From assembly GCA_016931055.1 (NCBI GenBank), contig JAFGFL010000091.1:42108-106107 (forward strand): a DNA stretch of 64,000 nucleotides. The letters are read 5' to 3'. This document shows, one piece after another, positions 56,713 through 64,000 of the stretch. This DNA is from Candidatus Omnitrophota bacterium (GTDB lineage: Bacteria > Omnitrophota > Gorgyraeia > Zapsychrales > Zapsychraceae). Each line of letters opens with the position of its first letter. The stretch's first letter is position 1. The notes beneath the pieces are model-generated. The model was not told where the DNA came from. It saw only the letters and a program-made list of their open reading frames with translations, and ran no database searches. The position numbers were made by a program, and so were the translations under genes.

Positions 56713-57701
56713 AGTGGAACGGAAAGAACGTATTGGTCACTGGGGCTGATGGATTTATCGGAAGCCATCTGGTTGAACGTTTGGTAAAAATGGGCGCGGA
56801 GGTCCGGGCTTTTGTTTTTTATAACTCTTTTAACAGTTGGGGATGGCTGGACGGCTTTAAAGAAACAACACTCAAACAAGTCGATATCTTCTCGGGTGAT
56901 ATCAGAGATCCCAACGGCGTTTTGGAGGCGATGAAGGATATCGATATTGTTTTTCATTTGGCCGCTCTGATTGGGATCCCTTTTAGTTATCATTCGCCGG
57001 ACAGCTATGTGGACACGAATATCAAGGGAACATTAAATGTTTTGCAGGCGGCCAGAAAATGGAGCGTGAAGAAGGTTGTCCATACCTCAACCAGCGAGAT
57101 TTACGGGACGGCGCAATACGCGCCGATTGATGAAAGTCATCCTGTCAATCCCCAGTCGCCTTACGCGGCGACAAAAGCGGCGGCGGACAGTCTCGCGTTA
57201 TCGTTTTACCGTTCGTTTGATCTTCCGGTAACTATCTTAAGGCCATTTAATACCTTTGGGCCGCGTCAGTCGGCGCGAGCGATTATCCCGACAATCATTT
57301 CCCAAATTTATTCCGGAAAGAAATCCCTGATATTGGGAAATTTAAAAGCCACGCGGGATTTTAACTTTGTGGGGAACACAGTCGATGCTTTCCTGAAAGT
57401 GGCTGAATCAAAGAAATCGGTGGGAGAGATTTTTAATACGGGGAGCGGAAAGGAAGTGTCTATTGGAGAGATGGCCGATCTCATCATGAAAATCACTCAT
57501 AGAAAGGTTGAGATCAAGACTTCGAAAGACCGCTTGCGTCCGGAAAAAAGCGAAGTGGGACGGCTCATTTGTAATGCCCAAAAGATTCAGTCGGTTTGCG
57601 GTTGGAACCCGGAGACAAGCCTGGAAGAAGGTCTGACGTTGACCTGTCGGTGGATAAAAGAAAACATGAACCATTTTAAAACGGATATTTATAATGTCTA
57701 A
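56709..57701 (+). CDS. NDP-sugar 4,6-dehydratase-like extended SDR
   Basis: NVLVTGADGFIGSHLVERLV, YAATKAAADSL (YxxxK), ILRPFNTFGPRQ (RmlB-like); ATG at 56709 with AAGGAG RBS. The track ORF from 56643 is a 5' extension. Confidence 0.7.
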   Translation: MKWNGKNVLVTGADGFIGSHLVERLVKMGAEVRAFVFYNSFNSWGWLDGFKETTLKQVDIFSGDIRDPNGVLEAMKDIDIVFHLAALIGIPFSYHSPDSYVDTNIKGTLNVLQAARKWSVKKVVHTSTSEIYGTAQYAPIDESHPVNPQSPYAATKAAADSLALSFYRSFDLPVTILRPFNTFGPRQSARAIIPTIISQIYSGKKSLILGNLKATRDFNFVGNTVDAFLKVAESKKSVGEIFNTGSGKEVSIGEMADLIMKITHRKVEIKTSKDRLRPEKSEVGRLICNAQKIQSVCGWNPETSLEEGLTLTCRWIKENMNHFKTDIYNV

Positions 57702-58413
57702 AATTCAAGCGGTGATTCTTGCCGGCGGGAAAGGCTCGCGGTTAAGGCCTTACACGACGGTTCTTCCAAAACCTCTGATGCCCCTGGGGGAGTTTCCCAT
57801 CGCGGAGGTTATTGTCCGTCAACTGAAAAGTTTCGGGCTGGCCAATATTGTCATTTCGACGGGACATCTTGCCGAATTGATCGAGGCGTATTTTGGGAAC
57901 GGGAAACGGTGGGGAGTGAATATTCGTTATGTCAGGGAAGACCGGGCTCTGGGAACAGCGGGCGCCCTGAAGCTTATCAAGAATCTGGAAAGTGATTTCC
58001 TGGCCATTAATGGAGATGTTTTGACGGATGTTGATTATGGCGCTTTATTGAAATTTCACAAAAGCAAAGGCGGGATAGCGACAATCACAGTCAAGGAAAG
58101 AGTGGTCATAACGGATTTTGGCGTTATTGAAGTGGGCAAGAACAGCGAGATGGCCGACTATATTGAGAAGCCCCAACTCAAATCGTTTATGAGTATCGGT
58201 GCCTATATTCTTAACAAACGCTGTAAGGCCTATATTAAGGAAGATGAATGCGTCGGAATGCCTGAATTGATGTTAAGAATGAAGCAATCGGGAGAGAAAG
58301 TATTTTGTTGCCCTACCCAGGCCATGTGGCTGGATCTTGGCCGGTTTGATGATTTTAATGCGGCCCAGGAACTTTTTGAAAAGAACAAGAAGAAGTTCAT
58401 TAACGGTTTCTGA
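57694..58413 (+). CDS. sugar-1-phosphate nucleotidyltransferase
   Basis: AVILAGGKGSRLRPYTTVLPKPLMPL (GGxGxRL), GTAGAL; about 240 aa. Confidence 0.75.
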   Translation: MSKIQAVILAGGKGSRLRPYTTVLPKPLMPLGEFPIAEVIVRQLKSFGLANIVISTGHLAELIEAYFGNGKRWGVNIRYVREDRALGTAGALKLIKNLESDFLAINGDVLTDVDYGALLKFHKSKGGIATITVKERVVITDFGVIEVGKNSEMADYIEKPQLKSFMSIGAYILNKRCKAYIKEDECVGMPELMLRMKQSGEKVFCCPTQAMWLDLGRFDDFNAAQELFEKNKKKFINGF

Positions 58414-58415
58414 TA

Positions 58416-59348
58416 ATGAAAAAAAAAGCGCTTATTCTGGGGGTGGAAGGGTTTCTTGGCAAGGCCATGTGGAAACATTTGCAGCGGAGCAAAACACGCT
58501 GGGAAGTTTTTGGTCTTGATCATGCCGTGAGTCGGACAAGCAAGAATATCTTTGCCTGTGATATTCAACAACAGCGAAAATTGCTTGATGTCCTGGGATC
58601 GATCAAACCAGAGATTGTTTTTCATTTTGCCGGTGGCCGGTTTGTGGAAAAGAAACAGCTTATGGAAGCCAATATTTCAACAACGCGTTGTTTGTTTGAA
58701 GTGATAGCAAAAATCAGAAAATATCGGCCAAGGGTCATTATTCCTGGTACGGCGGCGGAATATGGGAAAATGCCGCCTCGAAGACGAAAGATGAATGAAT
58801 CGGACACGCCCCGTCCTTTAACGAATTATGGAGAGGCTAAATACAAACAAACCTGTTTGGCATTGGATTATGCGCGTGATGGGCATGATGTTGTTGTCGC
58901 AAGGATTTTTAATATTTCCGGAGAAGAGACTCCTTCGGGTTTGGCCATTGGCCGGTTTGCCGAACAGATTGTCCAAATAGAGAGTGGACGCTCCTGCGCA
59001 GTGATCCACTCAAAGAATCTGGATGGGCGAAGGGATTTCCTGGATATTGAAGATGTCTGTCGCGCATTATTATCCCTTGCTCGACATGGAATGGCCGGCC
59101 AAGTCTATAATGTTTGTTCGGGGCGAGCATATCGGATAAGAGAATTATTGCATGGGCTATTGGCTTTATCAAAAATTAAAGGTGTCCGGATTGAGGAAGA
59201 TGAAGGGGATTTCTCGATGAGTTGCGATGTCATCGGTTCTAATGTCAAAATCAAGTTCCTATGTGATTGGCGCCCAAAGGTCAGTATGCGAAAGAGTTTA
59301 AGAAACACGATGAATAGTTATCGTTCTTTGATCAGAGAGAATGGATAG
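58416..59348 (+). CDS. NAD(P)-dependent epimerase/reductase family protein (atypical extended SDR)
   Basis: KALILGVEGFLGKAMWKHL glycine-rich N-terminus; YGEAKYKQT (YxxxK). Confidence 0.6.
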   Translation: MKKKALILGVEGFLGKAMWKHLQRSKTRWEVFGLDHAVSRTSKNIFACDIQQQRKLLDVLGSIKPEIVFHFAGGRFVEKKQLMEANISTTRCLFEVIAKIRKYRPRVIIPGTAAEYGKMPPRRRKMNESDTPRPLTNYGEAKYKQTCLALDYARDGHDVVVARIFNISGEETPSGLAIGRFAEQIVQIESGRSCAVIHSKNLDGRRDFLDIEDVCRALLSLARHGMAGQVYNVCSGRAYRIRELLHGLLALSKIKGVRIEEDEGDFSMSCDVIGSNVKIKFLCDWRPKVSMRKSLRNTMNSYRSLIRENG

Positions 59349-60542
59349 ATGCGGATACTCATTGTTCACAATAGATATAAGGACCCGGGCGGTGAGGACG
59401 CGGTTGTCCGTTCAGAGCGCGCGCTTTTGGAAAACTTTGGGGAAGAGGTGTTTCTCTACGAGAGGGATAACGCTGAGTTTGATTCCCGCTCAATATTAAG
59501 GAAAGTCAGCTGTCTTCGGACGTTTAGTTGGTCGGATAAAACGTACAAGGAAATAACGGATGTGATCAGGGAATTCCGGCCTGATATCGCTCATTTTCAT
59601 AATATTTTTTACGCGATCAGTCCTTCAGCCTATCAGGCCTGTAAAGATGAGAATGTTCCGGTTGTCCAGAGCCTTCATAATTTCCGTCTTTTTTGCGCGA
59701 ACGGGCTTTTTTTCCGGGATAACAAGGTATGCGAAGATTGTGTCCGCAAATCTTGGAGAGAAGGGATTGTTCACCGATGTTTCAGAAAGTCTGCTTTTAT
59801 GACAGCGCTTATCATCGGAATGATCTCGAAACATTGGAAGGAGGGAACCTGGAGTGAACTGGTTGACCGGTATATAACGGCTTCATCGTTTGGCCGGATG
59901 AAAATGATAGAAGCCGGAATCCCGGAGGGAAAAATTACGGTCAAACCGAATTTTGTTTATCCTGACCCGGGTTTTTCAGATGAGAAAAAAGAATTTGCTC
60001 TCTATGTGGGGAGATTAAGGGAGGAAAAAGGCGTTGATACGCTTGTTCAAAGCTGGGAAAAGCTTCCGGATGTTCCGTTAAGAATAATCGGCGACGGGCC
60101 GATGTTGAATCGTCTTAGGGCTTTGGTGGACAAGAGGAAAATTAGCAATGTTGAATTTCTTGGGCATGTTTCACAGGGCCAGTATGAGGTCAACATGAGA
60201 AAAGCGAGATTTCTTGTGGTTCCCTCCATATGCTATGAAAATTTTCCCAGGATAGTCGCTGAGGCCTTCGCGTTCGGGATCCCTGTTATTGCCAGCCGGT
60301 TAGGCAGTCTGGCGGAAATCATTGAAGATGGGAAGACCGGCCTGCTGTTTACTCCGGGAGATGCGAGCGACCTCGGCAAAAAAGTCCGCTGGATGATGGC
60401 CCATGACGATGGTTTGGCCCAGATGGGGAAAGAGACTCGCCAGATGTTTGAGGAGAAATATACCGATCGAAAGAACTATCGATCTTTGATGGAAATTTAT
60501 GGGAAAACGCTGGGGCAGCCATGCGCCTGTTCAGGGGCTTGA
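59349..60542 (+). CDS. family 4 (GT-B) glycosyltransferase
   Basis: GRLREEKGVDTL; ENFPRIVAEAFAFGIPVIAS (EX7E motif); TGLLFTPGD. Confidence 0.8.
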   Translation: MRILIVHNRYKDPGGEDAVVRSERALLENFGEEVFLYERDNAEFDSRSILRKVSCLRTFSWSDKTYKEITDVIREFRPDIAHFHNIFYAISPSAYQACKDENVPVVQSLHNFRLFCANGLFFRDNKVCEDCVRKSWREGIVHRCFRKSAFMTALIIGMISKHWKEGTWSELVDRYITASSFGRMKMIEAGIPEGKITVKPNFVYPDPGFSDEKKEFALYVGRLREEKGVDTLVQSWEKLPDVPLRIIGDGPMLNRLRALVDKRKISNVEFLGHVSQGQYEVNMRKARFLVVPSICYENFPRIVAEAFAFGIPVIASRLGSLAEIIEDGKTGLLFTPGDASDLGKKVRWMMAHDDGLAQMGKETRQMFEEKYTDRKNYRSLMEIYGKTLGQPCACSGA

Positions 60543-60543
60543 T

Positions 60544-62034
60544 ATGAACAACACAAATGTTTTAAAAGAAAGTGACGGGACCCGGATGAAAAAGTTTTTT
60601 AATTCCCATTTTGGCGTGTTGATGGTGTTTCTTTTATGTTTTTCCTATTGGAGTTATCTGTTGTTTAATTCGCGGATGGAAATAAAGCACGATGCCATCG
60701 GATATGAACAGCTTGGAACCATGATTTATAAAGAAGGATGGGGCGAGTTCTTCAAGACAGGGCCCCATCGCGAACCTTTATATCCTTTGATCATTGCTGT
60801 CTCGATGCGTATTGCGAATATAGCCCGGGTTCCGTATCAAGATGTCCAGAGGGTTATTCAAATTATGATCTTATTCATGACTCAACTCTTTATGGTCGCG
60901 ATATTGAGCAAGAGTAAAATTTCAAAGTGGATCATTCTGGCGGTGATTTACTATTTCGGCTTTTCGCCGGCTGTTGTTAATTCTGTTTTTAGCCTGTTTT
61001 CGGAGATTGCCGTTTATCCATTTGTCCTGGGTATTGTTTATTTCGGGTATCTTTCTTGGAGAGATATTCACTGTTCAAACGATGAGAAGGTTGTTTTATG
61101 GGCCGTCATGACATCATTAGCATTTGCAGGAGCTTCATTCGGAAAAGGGATATTCCAATATGTTTTTGCGTTCTTTCTCGTTCCGTTTTTTTGTGCGATG
61201 TTACGGTCATTGATCCTAAGGGACTGGAGAGTATCGCGTAAAGCATTTGTCTATATTGTCATCACCGTTTGTATTGTCGGCACAACGGTTATTTCCTATA
61301 GATCCTTGAATGAAAAATATAATGGGTCCTTTGAATTCACGAATAGATATGATTTTCTTCTCTTTGGCAATGCGGCCAAAAGGGTCGAGAAAATGGATAA
61401 GGATTTGTTTTTAGCGCACATTCTTTCGGTTCCCGGCGGCGGCGTTTGCCGTGCCGTTTTTCCGGAAGAAGCATGCCGGTATAGTGAATTCCATTATGCT
61501 GATCAATACAGGGCGATGATGTTGCCCAAACTTCTGGAAGGAACACGGCAAGAAGACGTATCGAAGAAAACCATTTCTCTTGCTTTTGAAATGATCTTTA
61601 GAAATCCGGTCCAATATGCTGTCTTAACTGCGCTGGAGAGTTTAAAAATGGGATTTTGGGAATCGACGCAAATGGGATATGTCCTTTATCCTCAGCCGTT
61701 AAACCGATTTTTTAGTTCTGCGGTAGTCAAAAACGGGGTTCGGTTTCTTTTGGCGATACTGACGTATTTCTCTTTATTTTATTGTGGATACCATGTCTAT
61801 CGGCGCAGGTCACGGTTATTTTGCTCTGATACCATTGCAGATGTCAGAGTCCAAATGGAATTCATCATTTTAATTATCGTTGTTTTATTTACCGGTTTAT
61901 ATTCGGCCTATTCCATACTGACCCGGTTTGCATTGCCTATAACGGTTCTTTATATGTGCTGTATTGCTTTTACAATGCAGAATATTCTTGAATACTATCG
62001 GTGTGGTTCTCAAAGAGGGGATTCGAAACAGTAG
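60544..62034 (+). CDS. polytopic integral membrane protein; putative GT-C-type glycosyltransferase or polymerase
   Basis: At least 10 hydrophobic segments throughout (FGVLMVFLLCF, LIIAVSM, LFMVAILS, WIILAVIYYFGF, VYPFVLGIVYFGY ...); ATG at 60544 with no overlap into the preceding gene. Confidence 0.4.
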   Translation: MNNTNVLKESDGTRMKKFFNSHFGVLMVFLLCFSYWSYLLFNSRMEIKHDAIGYEQLGTMIYKEGWGEFFKTGPHREPLYPLIIAVSMRIANIARVPYQDVQRVIQIMILFMTQLFMVAILSKSKISKWIILAVIYYFGFSPAVVNSVFSLFSEIAVYPFVLGIVYFGYLSWRDIHCSNDEKVVLWAVMTSLAFAGASFGKGIFQYVFAFFLVPFFCAMLRSLILRDWRVSRKAFVYIVITVCIVGTTVISYRSLNEKYNGSFEFTNRYDFLLFGNAAKRVEKMDKDLFLAHILSVPGGGVCRAVFPEEACRYSEFHYADQYRAMMLPKLLEGTRQEDVSKKTISLAFEMIFRNPVQYAVLTALESLKMGFWESTQMGYVLYPQPLNRFFSSAVVKNGVRFLLAILTYFSLFYCGYHVYRRRSRLFCSDTIADVRVQMEFIILIIVVLFTGLYSAYSILTRFALPITVLYMCCIAFTMQNILEYYRCGSQRGDSKQ

Positions 62035-62053
62035 GCTTTTTGTTGAATAGAGA

Positions 62054-63217
62054 ATGCCAATGGATACATACGATCAAAAACAACCTTTAAGGGTATTGGT
62101 GCTGCACAACACATTATCGCCTTATCGCATTGTTCTATTTAAAGCGCTAGCTGAGAGCGAGAAATATATTTTTAAGTTTCTTTTTTATGTGAAGCAACAT
62201 AATGATCATAAATGGGAATTTCCAGAAAATCTGGGGTTTGATTACTCAATTATGGACACCTTTGATATAAAAACGCCGGGCGGAACGTTGTATTTTATTA
62301 AAGACCTCAGTTTATTTAGGGGGACATATGACCTGGTGGTTATCAGCGATCACATTAATATACCGGAAACATTATTGCAGATATACGCGAAGATAAAAGG
62401 AATTCCTATCTTAAGGTGGACGGAAGCGACGAAGTTGATGTTGAAAAATGTTGGAAGAATAAAAAGAGGTTTCAAAGCGTTACTTAACAAGACATCCGAC
62501 GCGATGCTTGTTCCCGGGGCAGAGTCAAGAGAATATGTGCAATCGACAACAAAGAAACCAATATATACTTGTAACAATGTTGTTGATAACGAATTGTTCG
62601 CTCAGGCGAGGAATGTCTCTAGGGATGTTGTTATAAGAAAAAAAGAACAATTTGGTTTACAGGGTGTTGTTATTTCGTTTTTTGGGCAGTTTGTCAAAAG
62701 AAAAGGGGTGGAGATTTTGATTAAGGCCCTGGACTTCGTTCAATCACAAGAAGAATTCAGCTTGTTGTTGGTGGGGGATGGTATTTTAAAGAACAAGATA
62801 TTTGCCGAATTAAACAGGAATAAGCGGTATAAATTCTTTATGGCTGGATATGTTGACCAAAATATGCTGCCGACGTATTACGCGATTTCTGATATTGTTG
62901 TCTTACCTTCCTATTTGGATGTCTGGGGAATGGTTGTCAATGAATCCATCGCGGCTGGTGTGCCCGTTATTTGTTCTGACGGCGCAGGAGCCTCCAGGGA
63001 CTTAATTCATCCCGGCGAATCGGGCCTGATTTTTCCAAAGGAAGATGTTGGGGCTTTAGCTTCGGCGATTGAGACAATGCTTTCGAGTGTAGAATTGCGT
63101 AGAAATATGGTGGTTAAAGCGGATAAGATCTTGGAAAATTATACCGTCGAAAAGGCTAAAGATCAATTTCTTAAGGCAATCAATAGCACATATCGCACAA
63201 TTAAAGCGCAAAAATAA
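62054..63217 (+). CDS. family 4-like (GT-B) glycosyltransferase
   Basis: ISFFGQFVKRKGVEILIKAL; VVLPSYLDVWGMVVNESIAAGVPVICSD (GT4 C-domain acceptor/donor loop); about 387 aa. Confidence 0.65.
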   Translation: MPMDTYDQKQPLRVLVLHNTLSPYRIVLFKALAESEKYIFKFLFYVKQHNDHKWEFPENLGFDYSIMDTFDIKTPGGTLYFIKDLSLFRGTYDLVVISDHINIPETLLQIYAKIKGIPILRWTEATKLMLKNVGRIKRGFKALLNKTSDAMLVPGAESREYVQSTTKKPIYTCNNVVDNELFAQARNVSRDVVIRKKEQFGLQGVVISFFGQFVKRKGVEILIKALDFVQSQEEFSLLLVGDGILKNKIFAELNRNKRYKFFMAGYVDQNMLPTYYAISDIVVLPSYLDVWGMVVNESIAAGVPVICSDGAGASRDLIHPGESGLIFPKEDVGALASAIETMLSSVELRRNMVVKADKILENYTVEKAKDQFLKAINSTYRTIKAQK

Positions 63218-63274
63218 TACGGTTTATGCTTAAAAGCCGGGGCAGCTTCATTACTTAGAGAAAATATTCATACG

Positions 63275-64000
63275 ATGCAATCTCGAAGGATAATTGAATT
63301 TATTCAGAAATATGGACGGGAACTGACAGTATTTTCCATATGTGTTTACGCGATGTATCTGCGCCTGGTGAAATTGGCACACCATACGTTATGGGAAGAT
63401 GAAAAATGGCAATTGGATTGTATGCAGGGCTCTTTTCGAGCGATGTTAACAATGCTCCCGAAAAGGGAAGTCTTCCCCTATTTATCTGGAGATTACTATT
63501 TGATATTTCCGTTCTTTAAAATATTCTCTTATAACAAATGGGGCCTGGCCATTCCACATATCCTTGCCACCATCCTAGGGTTGATATTCTTATATCTCCT
63601 AAGTAAGCAATACTTTAAGACGTTCCTGGGTTATATTGTTACTTTCTCCATTGTCTGCTTAAACGCGACTTTAATTAATCATGCTACTGAAATAAGGGTG
63701 TATGCTGTATTGCCGACCTTAGCTTTAATGGCCCTTTATTTTTCACAAAAGATTGTTGATCAGAATGTTCGCATGGACATCAGAATAAAATGTGCGATCG
63801 GAATTTTTTTTGTTGTCGTGATATGGTTTCATGCCTATGGAATTGCTGTCTTTTTCTTGCCGTTGGCCTATTCAGTCATAAACACATTAATGGATAGAAA
63901 GAAAAGTGAGCAATCCTTAGTGATTTTAAAAGATATACTTAAGTTTGTAGCGGTCATCCTGTGTATTGCGATGCCTCTGTGGCTTTATAGCTTTCTTGGA
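63275..64000 (+). CDS. GT-C glycosyltransferase, ArnT/PMT-like (GT39/GT83 type), 3'-truncated by the window edge
   Basis: ORF absent from the track but open from the ATG at 63275 to the window end. Hydrophobic N-terminus TVFSICVYAMYLRLV; LWEDEKWQ matches the periplasmic DE motif of ArnT/PMT enzymes; several further TM segments. Confidence 0.5.
   Translation, partial: MQSRRIIEFIQKYGRELTVFSICVYAMYLRLVKLAHHTLWEDEKWQLDCMQGSFRAMLTMLPKREVFPYLSGDYYLIFPFFKIFSYNKWGLAIPHILATILGLIFLYLLSKQYFKTFLGYIVTFSIVCLNATLINHATEIRVYAVLPTLALMALYFSQKIVDQNVRMDIRIKCAIGIFFVVVIWFHAYGIAVFFLPLAYSVINTLMDRKKSEQSLVILKDILKFVAVILCIAMPLWLYSFLG

Noticed and set aside
63218-63274. Possible intrinsic terminator after the last GT4 gene (AAAAGCCGGGGCAGCTT region)
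   Set aside because: No convincing GC-rich inverted repeat followed by a T-run. The next gene starts 57 bp later on the same strand, consistent with read-through.
1-64000. CRISPR arrays, tRNA/rRNA genes, insertion sequences, integrases, toxin-antitoxin pairs
   Set aside because: No direct-repeat/spacer periodicity, no cloverleaf-like or rRNA-like stretches, and no transposase/integrase motifs (DDE, tyrosine recombinase R..H..R..Y) in any frame. The window appears to be purely biosynthetic.

Overview
The whole 64 kb window reads as one uninterrupted, co-directional (+ strand) cell-surface glycan biosynthesis supercluster of about 60 genes. Most genes abut or overlap by 1-30 bp, which suggests translational coupling. 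I saw no rRNA, tRNA, CRISPR array, transposase, integrase or obvious regulator. All functional calls come from reading the translated ORFs for family-specific motifs; no database search was possible.

Readable modules, 5' to 3':
1. An unusual ulosonic-acid/heptose/cyclitol block: an HpcH/HpaI aldolase, a clear KdsB-type cytidylyltransferase, a Gfo/Idh/MocA oxidoreductase, a GmhA-like SIS isomerase, a D-2-hydroxyacid dehydrogenase, an SDR and a 3-dehydroquinate-synthase-family cyclase.
2. A heptose/amino-sugar block: an HldE-like bifunctional enzyme with swapped domain order, three SDR epimerase/dehydratases, two tandem DegT aminotransferases, a HAD phosphatase, an APH-like sugar kinase, a split transketolase, a Zn-alcohol dehydrogenase and a methyltransferase.
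3. A fused MsbA/PglK-type ABC exporter.
4. Two complete nonulosonic-acid (legionaminic/pseudaminic-type) toolkits. There are two NeuB-family synthases, two NeuC-type hydrolysing 2-epimerases, a third DegT aminotransferase, a NeuD/PglD-type acyltransferase and a CMP-nonulosonate synthetase. A fused HisF-HisH plus WbuX-type amidotransferase indicates an acetamidino substituent. A short Maf/DUF115-like transferase is preceded by a coupled 57-aa ORF.
5. Three cobalamin-binding radical SAM enzymes embedded in the nonulosonate genes.
6. An ACP / FabG-like reductase / AMP-ligase / LuxE-like / LuxC-like acyl-group module that parallels the Vibrio cholerae O1 tetronate genes.
7. A CDP-6-deoxyhexose branch (RfbF, RfbG, 3,5-epimerase, reductase) and a second NDP-deoxysugar branch.
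8. GT2, GT4 (two) and GT-C (two) glycosyltransferases and a Wzy_C-family ligase/polymerase or O-oligosaccharyltransferase-like membrane protein.
9. Four large uncharacterised proteins that are candidate novel glycosyltransferases.

The most novel-looking signals are the three B12-radical-SAM genes inside a nonulosonate pathway, the aldolase + KdsB + DHQS-like 5' module, and the set of unassigned large proteins.
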